A stretch of DNA of 64,000 nt, taken from Armatimonadota bacterium (GTDB taxonomy: Bacteria; Armatimonadota; SYMT01). The translations under genes and the position numbers were made by a program. Location: NCBI GenBank assembly GCA_041690135.1, contig JAWLHY010000009.1, positions 256,001 through 320,000 of the forward strand. The letters run 5' to 3'. Numbering within the stretch: position 1 is the first letter of the stretch; every line of letters starts with the position of its first letter. This document shows, piece by piece, positions 1 to 9,733 of this stretch. The notes below the pieces were generated by a model, which did no database searches, was not told where the DNA came from, and saw nothing but the letters and a program-made list of their open reading frames with translations.

Positions 1-618
1 GGCGCGCTCCGCGAGGACCAGGACCGCGTGCTGGGTCCGACCACGATCAACCGGTGGGCGTACAGCGCCTCCAAGGCGATCGACGAGCACATGGCCTACG
101 CCTATTTCCGGGGCGGACTGCCGGTCTCCATCGTCCGGTATTTCAACTCCTACGGTCCGCGGGTGAATGAAGACGGCTACGGCAGCGTCATCGCGAACTT
201 CATCCGCCAGGCGTTGACGGGGCAACCTCTCACTGTCCACGGCGACGGCAGCCAGACGCGCTGCTTCACCTTCGTAGAAGACACGGTGCGGGGTACGATG
301 TATGCGGGCGAGAAACCCGAGGCCTTGGGGGAGGCGTTCAATGTCGGCGCCGAACACGAAGTGACCATTCTGGAACTTGCTCACCTGATCCGGGACATGA
401 GCGAGTCGCAGAGCGAAGTCGTCTGCATGCCGTATCGCGATTACTACGGACATAGCTACGAAGACACTCCCCGGCGCCGCCCGGACATGGGCAAGTCGGA
501 AAGACTGCTCGGTTTTACGGCACAGGTAGGACTGGAAGAGGGTTTGCGGCGCACACTGGCCTGGTGCCGGGACAACTACGAGCTGCGCCGCCCGCTGGGC
601 GCGCCTGCTTCAAGATGA
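1..618 (+). CDS. NAD-dependent epimerase/dehydratase (extended SDR, UDP-glucuronate decarboxylase/ArnA-like), 5'-truncated by the window edge
   Basis: Frame is open from base 1 (GALREDQDRVLGPT...). Catalytic YxxxK (YSASK); also RYFNSYGPR, GDGSQTRCFTFVED and PRRRPD motifs. Confidence 0.9.
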   Translation, partial: GALREDQDRVLGPTTINRWAYSASKAIDEHMAYAYFRGGLPVSIVRYFNSYGPRVNEDGYGSVIANFIRQALTGQPLTVHGDGSQTRCFTFVEDTVRGTMYAGEKPEALGEAFNVGAEHEVTILELAHLIRDMSESQSEVVCMPYRDYYGHSYEDTPRRRPDMGKSERLLGFTAQVGLEEGLRRTLAWCRDNYELRRPLGAPASR

Positions 619-634
619 AAATGGCTATTGGCTG

Positions 635-1360
635 ATGTTACCTGCTAGATTTGCCGACGCGCTTTTCAAGAACTCGCGGATCCTGGTGATCTCGCCTCAC
701 GCCGATGATGAGACTTTCGGGTGTGGCGGCACCATGGCTCGGGCCAAAGCGCTCGGTGCCGAAGTGTACGTAATCGTCGCGTCCGTTGCCAACCTGGAAC
801 ACTACAGTTCCGAGCACGCGCACGTTACCGGTCATACGCGTGGCGAGGAGTTCCGGAACGCGATGGCGGTTCTGGGGGTGGACGATACGGACATCCTTTA
901 CACGGATGACCAGACCCATCTCCGTCTCGACGCGATTCCGCGCCGGGACCTGGTGGCCAAGCTCGAGCGGGACAGCCCCCTGGCGATCGACCGGATCAAG
1001 CCCGACGTGCTGCTCTTCCCGGCCGTGTCGTACAACCAGGACCACGAGGCGATTTATAAGGCTGTTTACGCCGCCTGCCGCCCGCATCTAGCGGAGGACA
1101 AGCCGTTCGTGCGTGCCGTGTTCTGCTACGATCAGCCTCAGTTGGGATGGAACCATACCAAGTTCCGGCCAAGTGTTTACGTAGATATCTCGGACTATCT
1201 GGGCAAGAAACTGGAAGCTTACCGCTGCCATGCTTCGCAGGTGAGACCGGAGCCGCATCACGCCTCCGTGGAGAATGTGGAACGCCTGGCGCGCCTGCGC
1301 GGCAGCGAAGTTTCCACCTACGCGGCAGAAGCGTTCGAATGCCATCGGCTGGTGATTTAA
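635..1360 (+). CDS. PIG-L/LmbE family N-acetylsugar deacetylase
   Basis: SPHADDETFGCGG metal-binding motif, NQDH motif, and C-terminal YVDIS...KLEAY..HASQ...AEAF. Confidence 0.9.
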   Translation: MLPARFADALFKNSRILVISPHADDETFGCGGTMARAKALGAEVYVIVASVANLEHYSSEHAHVTGHTRGEEFRNAMAVLGVDDTDILYTDDQTHLRLDAIPRRDLVAKLERDSPLAIDRIKPDVLLFPAVSYNQDHEAIYKAVYAACRPHLAEDKPFVRAVFCYDQPQLGWNHTKFRPSVYVDISDYLGKKLEAYRCHASQVRPEPHHASVENVERLARLRGSEVSTYAAEAFECHRLVI

Positions 1361-1364
1361 CGCC

Positions 1365-2069
1365 ATGCGGGTCGGAATCCACCAACCGCATTACCTGCCC
1401 TGGTTGCGTTACTTCGAGAAGATTGCTCGGAGCGATGTCTTTATCGTGCTGGATGACGTGCAGTATGAAAAGAACGGCTTCCAGAACCGCAATAAGATCA
1501 AGACGGCGCAGGGGTGGACTTACCTCACCGTACCCGTGAAGCGTCCCACGCTGCGCCCCATCCACGAGATCGAGATCGAGTGCAGCAGTGGTTGGCGGGA
1601 GAAGCACGCCCGGGCGCTGGAGATGAACTACCGGAAGGCGCCGTACTTCGAACGCTATTGGCCCGAGTTAAACGACCTCTTCCAGCGGGAGTGGACCCAC
1701 CTGGCCGCGCTGAACGAGGCCATGATGCGGCTCTTCATGGGTCAACTCGGCATCGAGACCCGGTTAGTCAACAGCCGCGACATTCCCACCACCGGCACGT
1801 CGACGGACCGCCTGGTAGAGCTTTGTCGCTCCGTGGGGGGGACGGAGTACCTCTCCGGCGCCTACGCGGTGCAGGCGTACCTCGATCCGACCGCGATGGA
1901 AGCGGCCGGGATTCGCCTTGCCTTCCAGGAATGGACGGCCCCCACCTATCCGCAATTGTACCCGTCCGCCGGGTTCATCCCGGATCTCGGCGTCGTCGAT
2001 CTGCTGTTCAACGCAGGGCCCCGGGCGCTGGAGCTGCTCCTGGCCGCGGGGAGCGTAAGCTACCCGTGA
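1365..2069 (+). CDS. wbqC: WbqC family protein (putative sugar N-glycyl transferase)
   Basis: HQPHYLPWLRYFEK, DDVQY, QNRNKIK, LTVP, Y.KAPYF, YPQ and DLLFN.G motifs typical of WbqC. Confidence 0.9.
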   Translation: MRVGIHQPHYLPWLRYFEKIARSDVFIVLDDVQYEKNGFQNRNKIKTAQGWTYLTVPVKRPTLRPIHEIEIECSSGWREKHARALEMNYRKAPYFERYWPELNDLFQREWTHLAALNEAMMRLFMGQLGIETRLVNSRDIPTTGTSTDRLVELCRSVGGTEYLSGAYAVQAYLDPTAMEAAGIRLAFQEWTAPTYPQLYPSAGFIPDLGVVDLLFNAGPRALELLLAAGSVSYP

Positions 2070-3427
2070 GCCCCGTGGCTGCGGGCGGGAGAGTCGGGGA
2101 AGCGTGGGGGAGATCGCCCTTCCGTCGCCTGCTGTACGCAGCTTTCGGAGTGCTCCTCACCGCCCTGTTCTTTACCGTACCGACGCCCGACCGGGGCCTG
2201 TGGGACCGCGCCTACCTCGCTAACCTGCCGATGCCCACGCGAGCGGCATGGGAAGGCAGTCTTCACGGAGCCGACCATTTGCCCGGCCGGAAGTTTCCTC
2301 CGGTGACTCCGGAAGCGCCCGCCGGTGTCGGCGCCTACCTCGATACCGGCTGCGCCCGGCCCCACATTCCTCGCGCACTGGACGCACTGGAAGACCTGGG
2401 TCTCACGTGGGCCCGCACGGAGATCCCCTGGGCGGGGGTTGAACCAATGCCCGGACACTGGGAGTGGGAACGTTGGGACCGGGTGGTCGACGGGCTCCGC
2501 TCGCGCCGCTATCGCGTGCTCGGGATGCTCTGCTACTGGACTGGCGGCGTGGAGCCCTACTCAGATCGGGCCATCGAGCGCTTCGGCCGGTATGCGGAGG
2601 CAGTCGCACGCCGGTACCGCGGTCGCGTGGATCACTGGGAGGTCTGGAACGAGCCGAACTCGACCACCTTCTGGACGGCCAGCCCGGAGCAGTACGTGCG
2701 GCTGCTGAAATCCGCTTACCGGGGCGTCAAACGCGGCAATCCGGAGGCTACGGTCATCGGCGGGAGCCTCTCCGGCGTGGACCTGGTATTCCTGCGGAAG
2801 ATGCTCGATGCGGGTGCCGCGGAATGGATGGATGCCCTTGCGGTGCACCCGTATTTCTTTGGCTGGGCCCCCGAGAGCACCCGGCTTCTACAAGAACTCC
2901 GGGGTGCGGCCGCAATGATGCACGCAGCGGGAAAGTCTCCCGGCCTCTGGGTCACGGAGATCGGAACGACGACCTGGAACGACGCCAAGGCAGCCGATTG
3001 GCTGCAGCGGGCGGTGATCCTGACCTCCCAGTCGCGAGCCGTGGACGCCTGGTTCTGGTTCACGCTTTACCTGACCGAGCCGAGCGCCTATGCACTCTAC
3101 CGTTCGGACTGGAGCCCACGTCCATCAGCCCAGGCCTACCGCCATCTGATGCGGCGCCTTTCGGGAGCGCGACCTACTGGTTCCGGTTTGCCGGGAGATC
3201 TCACTCCGCCCTGGGGATCCGGTCACCCCGCCGCGTGGAGCCCTCCGCAGGCCTGGGCTTTCCGGAAGGGACGGGAGATGCTTCTTACCGCCTGGGCCGG
3301 AGAGGGGAGGGTCGAACTTTCGCCGGAGGTCACGGGATCGCAGACCCGGACCCAGCTCACAGCCACTCCCCAGTGGTTGGACCGCGAATTCGCAGGTTTC
3401 GCTGGCAGCAACCCTGATGGAGAGTAA
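2066..3427 (+). CDS. Membrane-anchored clan GH-A glycoside hydrolase (GH39/GH5-like)
   Basis: GTG start at 2066 overlaps the wbqC stop (GTGA). N-terminal TM helix, acid/base WEVWNEPN, nucleophile WVTEIG, DALAVHPY. Confidence 0.8.
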   Translation: MSPVAAGGRVGEAWGRSPFRRLLYAAFGVLLTALFFTVPTPDRGLWDRAYLANLPMPTRAAWEGSLHGADHLPGRKFPPVTPEAPAGVGAYLDTGCARPHIPRALDALEDLGLTWARTEIPWAGVEPMPGHWEWERWDRVVDGLRSRRYRVLGMLCYWTGGVEPYSDRAIERFGRYAEAVARRYRGRVDHWEVWNEPNSTTFWTASPEQYVRLLKSAYRGVKRGNPEATVIGGSLSGVDLVFLRKMLDAGAAEWMDALAVHPYFFGWAPESTRLLQELRGAAAMMHAAGKSPGLWVTEIGTTTWNDAKAADWLQRAVILTSQSRAVDAWFWFTLYLTEPSAYALYRSDWSPRPSAQAYRHLMRRLSGARPTGSGLPGDLTPPWGSGHPAAWSPPQAWAFRKGREMLLTAWAGEGRVELSPEVTGSQTRTQLTATPQWLDREFAGFAGSNPDGE

Positions 3428-4949
3428 GGAGCCGCGGACGAAACCTGGGCTCACGGCGGCGGCGTTGCTCACGTTGTTCGTCGGACGATGGCTGGCGCTG
3501 GGGGCCACGGTCTATTTCTCGTTCTTCCACTGGATGCGATCGGAGTACCTGGTCTTCAGCCACGTCTGGCAGTACGGCCTGCCTCTCCTCGACCCGCGTG
3601 TCACCGCCGCCCTGCTCTGGGCTCTCCAATTCTGGGTATTCCTCGTGCTGCTGGTCCTCCCTGCGGCACGCTGGCTCGCCGCCCGCCTCCCATTCCAAGG
3701 GACCGGATGGTGGCTCGCGGCCGCAGGCCTCTCGTTGGCACTCGGCACGCGCGGAGTGGTGGGGCCGTTAGTCACGCGCGCTGTGACGGCGCATCCGGTC
3801 CGCATCCTGCCCGGCGGAGGCGAGGACCTCCTTTCCCCTCTCACCGAGGTCCACCTGGCGCGCTGGATCGTGGCGCTCACGGAGGCCTGGTGGCTGGTCC
3901 CGCTGCTGGCGGTTGCCCTTCGTCAATTGGAGAACACCCCGGTTAGTTGGCTACGGCGGGGTTGGCCGCTGCTCGCCCTGCTCGGCCTGTATGCGCTTCT
4001 CCAGGCCCCGGACGCACCCTACTTGCTTACGGGAGGAGGGCCGCGGGGCGCAACTACCAACCTCCAGCTTCTCGCCTTCCAATTGGCTTTCGGCGCCCAG
4101 GAGTTCGGTTACGCCTCCGTCCTGACGACGCTACTCTGCTGTGTCGGTCTGCTCGGTGGTGGGGTCCTCCTCCGCGCGCTCCGCACGGTCCCGCCATCCG
4201 CAGAGCGGCCCGCACCAAGGTCTGTGTCACCCGGAATGGAGTGGTCGTGGGTGATGCTTCCGGCGGCAAGCCTGGTGGTGCTAGCTCTCGCCTGGAGCCG
4301 GAACCCCCCGGAAACATCCGCCGATCCCCAGTTCCCCATCCACGCACTGACCAGCTTTGCCGGCGCCATTGCGGCCGCCGGTTGGAGTGCGGTCCTGATT
4401 GCCGCTTTGTGGAACTGGATGCGGGCTGCGAGCTTCCGCCGGGTTCGGACCGCATGGGCGTTGCTGCCGGTGGTCTTCCCTCCGCTGGTCTGGGTCTTGC
4501 CGGCCGTGCGGGTACTGGGGGAGCAGCAGGGAGGCGTGGATGTGGTGGCGGGACCGGCCGGCCTGGTATTCGGCGTCCCCTACCTCTACCTGGGACTGGC
4601 GGTTCTGGCCATCGGTCGCTGCGCCGGACTCTCCGAAAGGCGGGCCATGCTTGCCGCCGGAGCGGCGGTGGCCTGGGGGACGTGGACGGATCTGACCCTC
4701 TCGCTGATGCTGACCCAACAGGCGCAGAACGTGGTCCACCTTCCGAGCGCGATGGTCTGGAATCTGTCCTTGCACCTCTGGCGTTCTCCGCTTTCCGTAC
4801 CCGGCTGGCCTATTGCCTGGCTCGGAGGCACGCTGTTTGCCCTGGCGACCCTCACTCTACTGCATGAGCGGCCCCCGCAACCGGCGGCCGCAGGAGTTGA
4901 CGATGAACTCGATGATCCCTCACAGCCGGCCTACCCTTCCCGCGCCTGA
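3417..4949 (+). CDS. Polytopic membrane protein resembling a fused, degenerate MalF+MalG-type carbohydrate ABC permease
   Basis: Many hydrophobic helices. QYGLPLLDPRVTAAL and YLLTGGGPRGATTNL..LAF....FGYAS match CUT1 permease motifs. No EAA loop is visible. Confidence 0.65.
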   Translation: MESKEPRTKPGLTAAALLTLFVGRWLALGATVYFSFFHWMRSEYLVFSHVWQYGLPLLDPRVTAALLWALQFWVFLVLLVLPAARWLAARLPFQGTGWWLAAAGLSLALGTRGVVGPLVTRAVTAHPVRILPGGGEDLLSPLTEVHLARWIVALTEAWWLVPLLAVALRQLENTPVSWLRRGWPLLALLGLYALLQAPDAPYLLTGGGPRGATTNLQLLAFQLAFGAQEFGYASVLTTLLCCVGLLGGGVLLRALRTVPPSAERPAPRSVSPGMEWSWVMLPAASLVVLALAWSRNPPETSADPQFPIHALTSFAGAIAAAGWSAVLIAALWNWMRAASFRRVRTAWALLPVVFPPLVWVLPAVRVLGEQQGGVDVVAGPAGLVFGVPYLYLGLAVLAIGRCAGLSERRAMLAAGAAVAWGTWTDLTLSLMLTQQAQNVVHLPSAMVWNLSLHLWRSPLSVPGWPIAWLGGTLFALATLTLLHERPPQPAAAGVDDELDDPSQPAYPSRA

Positions 4950-6069
4950 CGAATGGGGAGGGGTGATGTCGGGACTGGCTCCCGGTTGGGTGGCCGATGG
5001 CCCATGCACCACTGCCTTTGAGAGCGCGGTGGCCGCCTATCTGGGGTGTGCGAGGGGTGTTGCAGTGAACTCCGGCACGAATGCCCTGCACCTGGCGCTG
5101 GCCGCGGCCGGGGTGAAGGCGGGCACGGAGGTGTTGATTCCCGCTTACTGTTGCGCTGCGGTTCTGAACGCCGTGCACCAGGCCGGCGCCCAGCCGGTAC
5201 TCGTCGATGCGGAGCCGGGTGGCTTCAACCTCTGCCCCCGCGATGCGCTACGGCGCCGGACCGCACAAACCCGTGCGGTGGTGGTGGCGCATCTGTTTGG
5301 AGAGCCGGCGCCCGTCGAGGCCTTCCGAGCCCTCGAGGTGCCTATCATCGAGGATTGCGCCCAGTCCCTGGGGGCCCGCCGGAAAGGTATCTACTCCGGC
5401 GGCCTGGGGGACTTTGCGATCACGTCCTTCTTCGCCACCAAGGTGATCACGACCGGACACGGGGGATTCGCGGGTGCGGCCTCCCCCGAGCGGGCGGCGG
5501 TGCTGCAGGATCTCGTGGACTACGACAACCGGGATACCTGGCAACCCCGGTTCAGCTACCGTATCAGCGAGATGCAGGCTGCCCTCGGATTGTCACAAAT
5601 TGATCAACTCCCCCGCTTCCTGCACTGCCGGCGGCAGGTCGCCGACTATTATGATGTGAGCCTGATCCAAAGGGGAGCGAGCCGGGAAGGGCTTCGCGGG
5701 CGAGGAGCGCCACTGCGGTTGACCGGGAGGGCAGAGGAGGCCGGACCGGGCGGTAGTGAACCCGCAGCGGCTGTGCATGCGGCGGCACCGGGCGAGGGAG
5801 AGACGGACCGCGAGCGCATCTTCTACCGGTACGTGCTGCGGTTACCCGACGCGGAGCGGATTATCACCGGCTTGCGAGAGCTGGGAGTAGACGCCAAACG
5901 CCCCGTTTATCGGCCGCTGCACCACTATCTGGGAGGGAGCTACCCCCACGCGGAGGCAGCGCATCGGGAGATCGTCAGTTTACCGATCTATCCCTCACTC
6001 GCTATGGCAGATGCCGAGCGGGTGGTTGCGGCGGTGCTGAAGGTCGCGGGAGAGGTTACCTCGTCCTGA
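4903..6069 (+). CDS. DegT/DnrJ/EryC1/StrS family PLP-dependent sugar aminotransferase
   Basis: ATG at 4903 follows AGGAG. MIPHSRP start, NSGTNALHLAL, IEDCAQSLG, PLP lysine in SFFATKVITTG, SLPIYP. Confidence 0.92.
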   Translation: MNSMIPHSRPTLPAPDEWGGVMSGLAPGWVADGPCTTAFESAVAAYLGCARGVAVNSGTNALHLALAAAGVKAGTEVLIPAYCCAAVLNAVHQAGAQPVLVDAEPGGFNLCPRDALRRRTAQTRAVVVAHLFGEPAPVEAFRALEVPIIEDCAQSLGARRKGIYSGGLGDFAITSFFATKVITTGHGGFAGAASPERAAVLQDLVDYDNRDTWQPRFSYRISEMQAALGLSQIDQLPRFLHCRRQVADYYDVSLIQRGASREGLRGRGAPLRLTGRAEEAGPGGSEPAAAVHAAAPGEGETDRERIFYRYVLRLPDAERIITGLRELGVDAKRPVYRPLHHYLGGSYPHAEAAHREIVSLPIYPSLAMADAERVVAAVLKVAGEVTSS

Positions 6070-6498
6070 TGGTCGATTCCTTCGTGAGCGTTTGCACGGT
6101 CGGTGTCTCGGCTGTATATCGCTATGGGTTGTGGCAAGGAGACTATGCCCTGCCCTGAAATGGTCCCGGCGACCTTTTCAGCCAGCTTTAGGCATTCGGT
6201 CGGGACTTAGCATCCGGCTGCCTGCTATACTTCGGAGAAGCCGGTGACATAGCTTGCAGCCTGGGGAATGGATCGCTTTCCTCCGCTCATTCAGGGGGTG
6301 GGGTGCCCTGGGTAGGATGTTCCGAAGCCCGAAGAGCGACCGGAGCCTCGATCCCTCCTGCGTGAAGAAAGCCGGCGGATGCCGGAATGCCAGGAAGGAA
6401 AGCGGGCGTTTCGTCGCCAATCGGTATAGTGGTGGTTTCATTTCCGGAAACGGACTGGCAGAAGCTGGAATAGTCGGCCCCTAAACGTAACAAAATTT

Positions 6499-7593
6499 AT
6501 GTTCCATCTGCCTGAAGCGATAGCTACTCCCATACTGGCCTTCTGCATCGCCGCGCTCACGATGCCCGCTCTCAACCGGATTGCGGTGATGACCGGTTTC
6601 GTGGATATTCCGAACGCTCGGAAGATTCACAGCCACCCCATTCCGCTCCTGGGCGGGATTGGGGTGTATGTGGGAGTGATGCTGACGCTCTTGTTGCGGG
6701 GGGAACTCGATCCGCGCGTGATGCTGATGATGGGGGCGTCGTTCCTGGTGATGCTGTTGGGCCTCGCCGACGACCGGCTCGATCTCCATTCGCGGTATCG
6801 GCTCTTCCTCCAGGTGGCGGTGGCGTTTGCGCTCGCGCTGGCGGGGGTGCGGTTCGAGATCTTTCCGTGGGAACCGCTCAACTACGTTGTCACCGTCCTC
6901 TGGGTGGTCGGCGTTATCAACGCCATGAACTGCCTGGACTGTGCGGATGGAGCGGCAGGCGGGACATGCCTGGTCGGGTTCAGCCTGATGGCCATCCTCG
7001 CTGGACTGAACGGCCGCTTCTTCGTATGCCAGGCTTCGCTGGCGTGCGTGGGGGCGATCCTCGGTTTCCTGGTCTACAACGTGCCGCCGGCGCGGGTGTT
7101 CCTGGGAGACACCGGCAGCACCTTCCTTGGATTGATGCTCGCCGTAACCGCGGTGCTGGCGGAACCCGGACGACCCGGACGGGAATGGGAAGGACTTCTG
7201 GCTCCGTTTGCGTTGACGATCCCTGTTTTCGACATCATTTGGGTGCATTACCGCCGCTACCAGGCGGGCATCCGATCCATCCGTGACCTGCTCTCATCAA
7301 CAGGTAAAGATCACTTGCCTCATCGACTGATGGCCCGAGGGCTTTCGAAGCCTGCTTGTATGGCTGTAGTTACTTTTCTTTCCGTGTTGGCGGCTGCCAG
7401 TGTCTGGGCATTGCGGAGCGGACTGTTTCCGGTTGCTCTGATGGCCTTCGTGGCGCTGGTTGCTTTCCTGTGGCATCTGGAAGAGAACGCTCAGGTCGTG
7501 ATCCGCCCGGAAGACCGCGTTGCTGTATTTGGACTGCGGAATGAACCTGCCGCGCTCCAGACGTCTCTTCAACACGAGGAGGGTGTTGCGTGA
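6499..7593 (+). CDS. MraY/WecA/TagO family undecaprenyl-phosphate sugar-1-phosphate transferase
   Basis: DIPNARKIH..PIPLLGG, GLADD, NAMNCLDCADG, YN.PPARVFLGDTGS and DHLPHRL motifs; about 11 TM helices. Confidence 0.93.
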   Translation: MFHLPEAIATPILAFCIAALTMPALNRIAVMTGFVDIPNARKIHSHPIPLLGGIGVYVGVMLTLLLRGELDPRVMLMMGASFLVMLLGLADDRLDLHSRYRLFLQVAVAFALALAGVRFEIFPWEPLNYVVTVLWVVGVINAMNCLDCADGAAGGTCLVGFSLMAILAGLNGRFFVCQASLACVGAILGFLVYNVPPARVFLGDTGSTFLGLMLAVTAVLAEPGRPGREWEGLLAPFALTIPVFDIIWVHYRRYQAGIRSIRDLLSSTGKDHLPHRLMARGLSKPACMAVVTFLSVLAAASVWALRSGLFPVALMAFVALVAFLWHLEENAQVVIRPEDRVAVFGLRNEPAALQTSLQHEEGVA

Positions 7594-9602
7594 AATCGTA
7601 CCGCTGGACTGGCCTCCTACAGAACCAGGTTGTCGCGATAGTGCTCGCGCTACTGGTAGTCGTGCCGATGTTGTTTGCGGCCTCTCCGGACGCACGCACG
7701 GATCAGATGACCGCATATGGTCTGCTGGGCCTGCTGCTCCTCGTGGTCTGGCTCTTCCGCACTCGGGACGAAATCAGCCTCGCAAAGGCTCGAGCATTCC
7801 TCTTTAGCGGCCCTAACCTGCCGATCGTTTTGTATTGTGCCTGGGGCATGATCTCCGTCCTGGGTAGTGCCGAACGGCTCTTCAGTCAGGTAGCCTTTAT
7901 CCAGTTGGCCTGCGGAGTGTTGCTCTATGCGATGGTGGTTTACCAGTTCCGCCATCGCGATCAGATCCGCGCCCTGCTCCACGGCTTGATCGTGGTGGGC
8001 GTTCTGATGGTGGTGACGGCGCTCTATCTGGCCCAGGATCGTCTCTTCCCGCTCGTCGGTACTTTCCACGATCGGCAGCTCTTCGGCGGCTTTCTCGCAT
8101 TGGTGCTGCCGGTCCTCATGGGCGTTGCCGCCGGAACTCGCAACGGGCGATGGAAGCTGGGCGCGCAGATATCCTGCATCCTGGTTGCCGGGGCTTTGAT
8201 CTGCACGCAGTGCCGCAGTGCCTGGATCGGACTGTCCGTAGCGGTCCTGGTCTTCATCGCTCTCGGCATGGGCTTCGTTTGGAAAGTCTCCGGCTTTCTG
8301 CGCAAGAAGCACGAGTTGCTGGTCACTCCCATTCTGGCCCTGATCGTGCTTGGGATCTTCATCGGGTTTACTCGAATGGGCGGTCCCACCATCCAGCGCC
8401 TCACGACCCTGAGTGCAATCCGCCAGGATGAAAGCGTTAAGGACCGTGTGGGACTGTGGCGAGTGGCCGTGGACGTGATCCGAGCCAACCCGTTTGTCGG
8501 GCATGGAATCGGCACCTATACGCTGGTTCAGGCGGACTACAATCCCGCCTCGCGATCGCGGGAAGTCATCCGGCAGATGGGGCCCACGCTGTCGGAGAGC
8601 CCGCACAACACCTATCTGCAGATCGCGGCCGAGTCCGGGCTGGTCGGGTTGTCGCTTTACCTGGCGATCCTGGTGCTCTTCTGCTACCGGGCCCTCATCG
8701 CTCTCCCGCGAATGGAGAAGGGACTGCGCCAGTACACGCTTATCGGCTGTATCTCGGCAGTGGTAGGGCAGAGCGTCGATGCGATCGCCAATCCCGCCTG
8801 GACCTATCCCGAGTGCACAGCGTTCTTCTGGCTGGTGCTTGGCGTGGGGATGGCGGCGGCCGGTCTGGCGCAAGAACTGCGCAGTGAGGTGCCTGCGCGC
8901 GTGGAAGCAACGGACGCTCCAGTGTTCGGGCTGCCCCGGTTCCTCTACCGTGGTGTGCGCACCGCAATGATCCTTTGCGGCGCCATCTGGCTCGGAGCGC
9001 ATCTCCTCAACCTGAACACGGCGGTGGCGGCCTCGGCTGGCGAAGTCTCCGCTAATCGCGCGCGGCCGACCTACCGACCGATTTACTGCGACCATATCAC
9101 CAAGCTGGGGCTGGACTTCCTGAACGACACGGTCAAGACCCCAACGGCGTGGAACGTGACGGCAGGCGCAACTTCCTACGACCGTCTCGCTACCTTCCAC
9201 GTGTATGCGCTCACCGACGATCCGCGCTTCTGGGCGAACGTGTCGGTGGAACGGCGGTACATCAAGTGGAAGCGCACCGGTCTGAAGGGCAAGTTCTATT
9301 ACGCCGAAACCAGTGGCGACCCCCGCTGGTTCTACAAGCCGCACATCAAAGATCGCGGCCGGACGGGAACCTTGCTGGTAACCTACAACTGCACGGCCCC
9401 CAAGGTGCGCTACCAGACCAAGTTCATCCTGACGGTTCTCCCCAACCGCGCGCCGATCGATACCTTCGGCCGCGGCGGGCAGACCCCGGGGACCTCGGGC
9501 GGCTTCGATCCGTTCAATCCGCTCATTCTGAACAACCTCAACCCGCTGATCGAAGTGCCCTCGGAATTCGAAGAGAGCACGGAGGAGGGTACCGCGGAGT
9601 AG
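7590..9602 (+). CDS. O-antigen ligase/Wzy_C family protein with a C-terminal soluble extension
   Basis: TQCRSAWIG, R...W..A...I..NP..G.G.G and PHNTYLQIAAESGLVG motifs. GTGA coupling to the upstream gene. Confidence 0.88.
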   Translation: MKSYRWTGLLQNQVVAIVLALLVVVPMLFAASPDARTDQMTAYGLLGLLLLVVWLFRTRDEISLAKARAFLFSGPNLPIVLYCAWGMISVLGSAERLFSQVAFIQLACGVLLYAMVVYQFRHRDQIRALLHGLIVVGVLMVVTALYLAQDRLFPLVGTFHDRQLFGGFLALVLPVLMGVAAGTRNGRWKLGAQISCILVAGALICTQCRSAWIGLSVAVLVFIALGMGFVWKVSGFLRKKHELLVTPILALIVLGIFIGFTRMGGPTIQRLTTLSAIRQDESVKDRVGLWRVAVDVIRANPFVGHGIGTYTLVQADYNPASRSREVIRQMGPTLSESPHNTYLQIAAESGLVGLSLYLAILVLFCYRALIALPRMEKGLRQYTLIGCISAVVGQSVDAIANPAWTYPECTAFFWLVLGVGMAAAGLAQELRSEVPARVEATDAPVFGLPRFLYRGVRTAMILCGAIWLGAHLLNLNTAVAASAGEVSANRARPTYRPIYCDHITKLGLDFLNDTVKTPTAWNVTAGATSYDRLATFHVYALTDDPRFWANVSVERRYIKWKRTGLKGKFYYAETSGDPRWFYKPHIKDRGRTGTLLVTYNCTAPKVRYQTKFILTVLPNRAPIDTFGRGGQTPGTSGGFDPFNPLILNNLNPLIEVPSEFEESTEEGTAE

Positions 9603-9733
9603 TCTGCGGAACTTCTCTTCCATCAGGTGAATGCAAAGGCCGTCCCTCCCAGGGACGGCCTTTCTCCTGACCCGGTCCGGCTACGTCGCACTAATGGAGA
9701 CGTCACAGCTCCCTTCCCGTTACTGAGATTCTC

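Noticed and set aside
1514-2065. N-terminal 184 aa of the 637-aa ORF 1514..3427
   Set aside because: Out-of-frame overlap with wbqC. The real start is the coupled GTG at 2066.
7650-9623. 657-aa antisense ORF (similar cases: 30969..32207-, 36582..38399-, 44550..46109+, 46247..48481-, 52202..53629-, 56353..58752+)
   Set aside because: Shadow ORFs opposite well-supported genes, expected from high-GC codon bias; no recognisable motifs.
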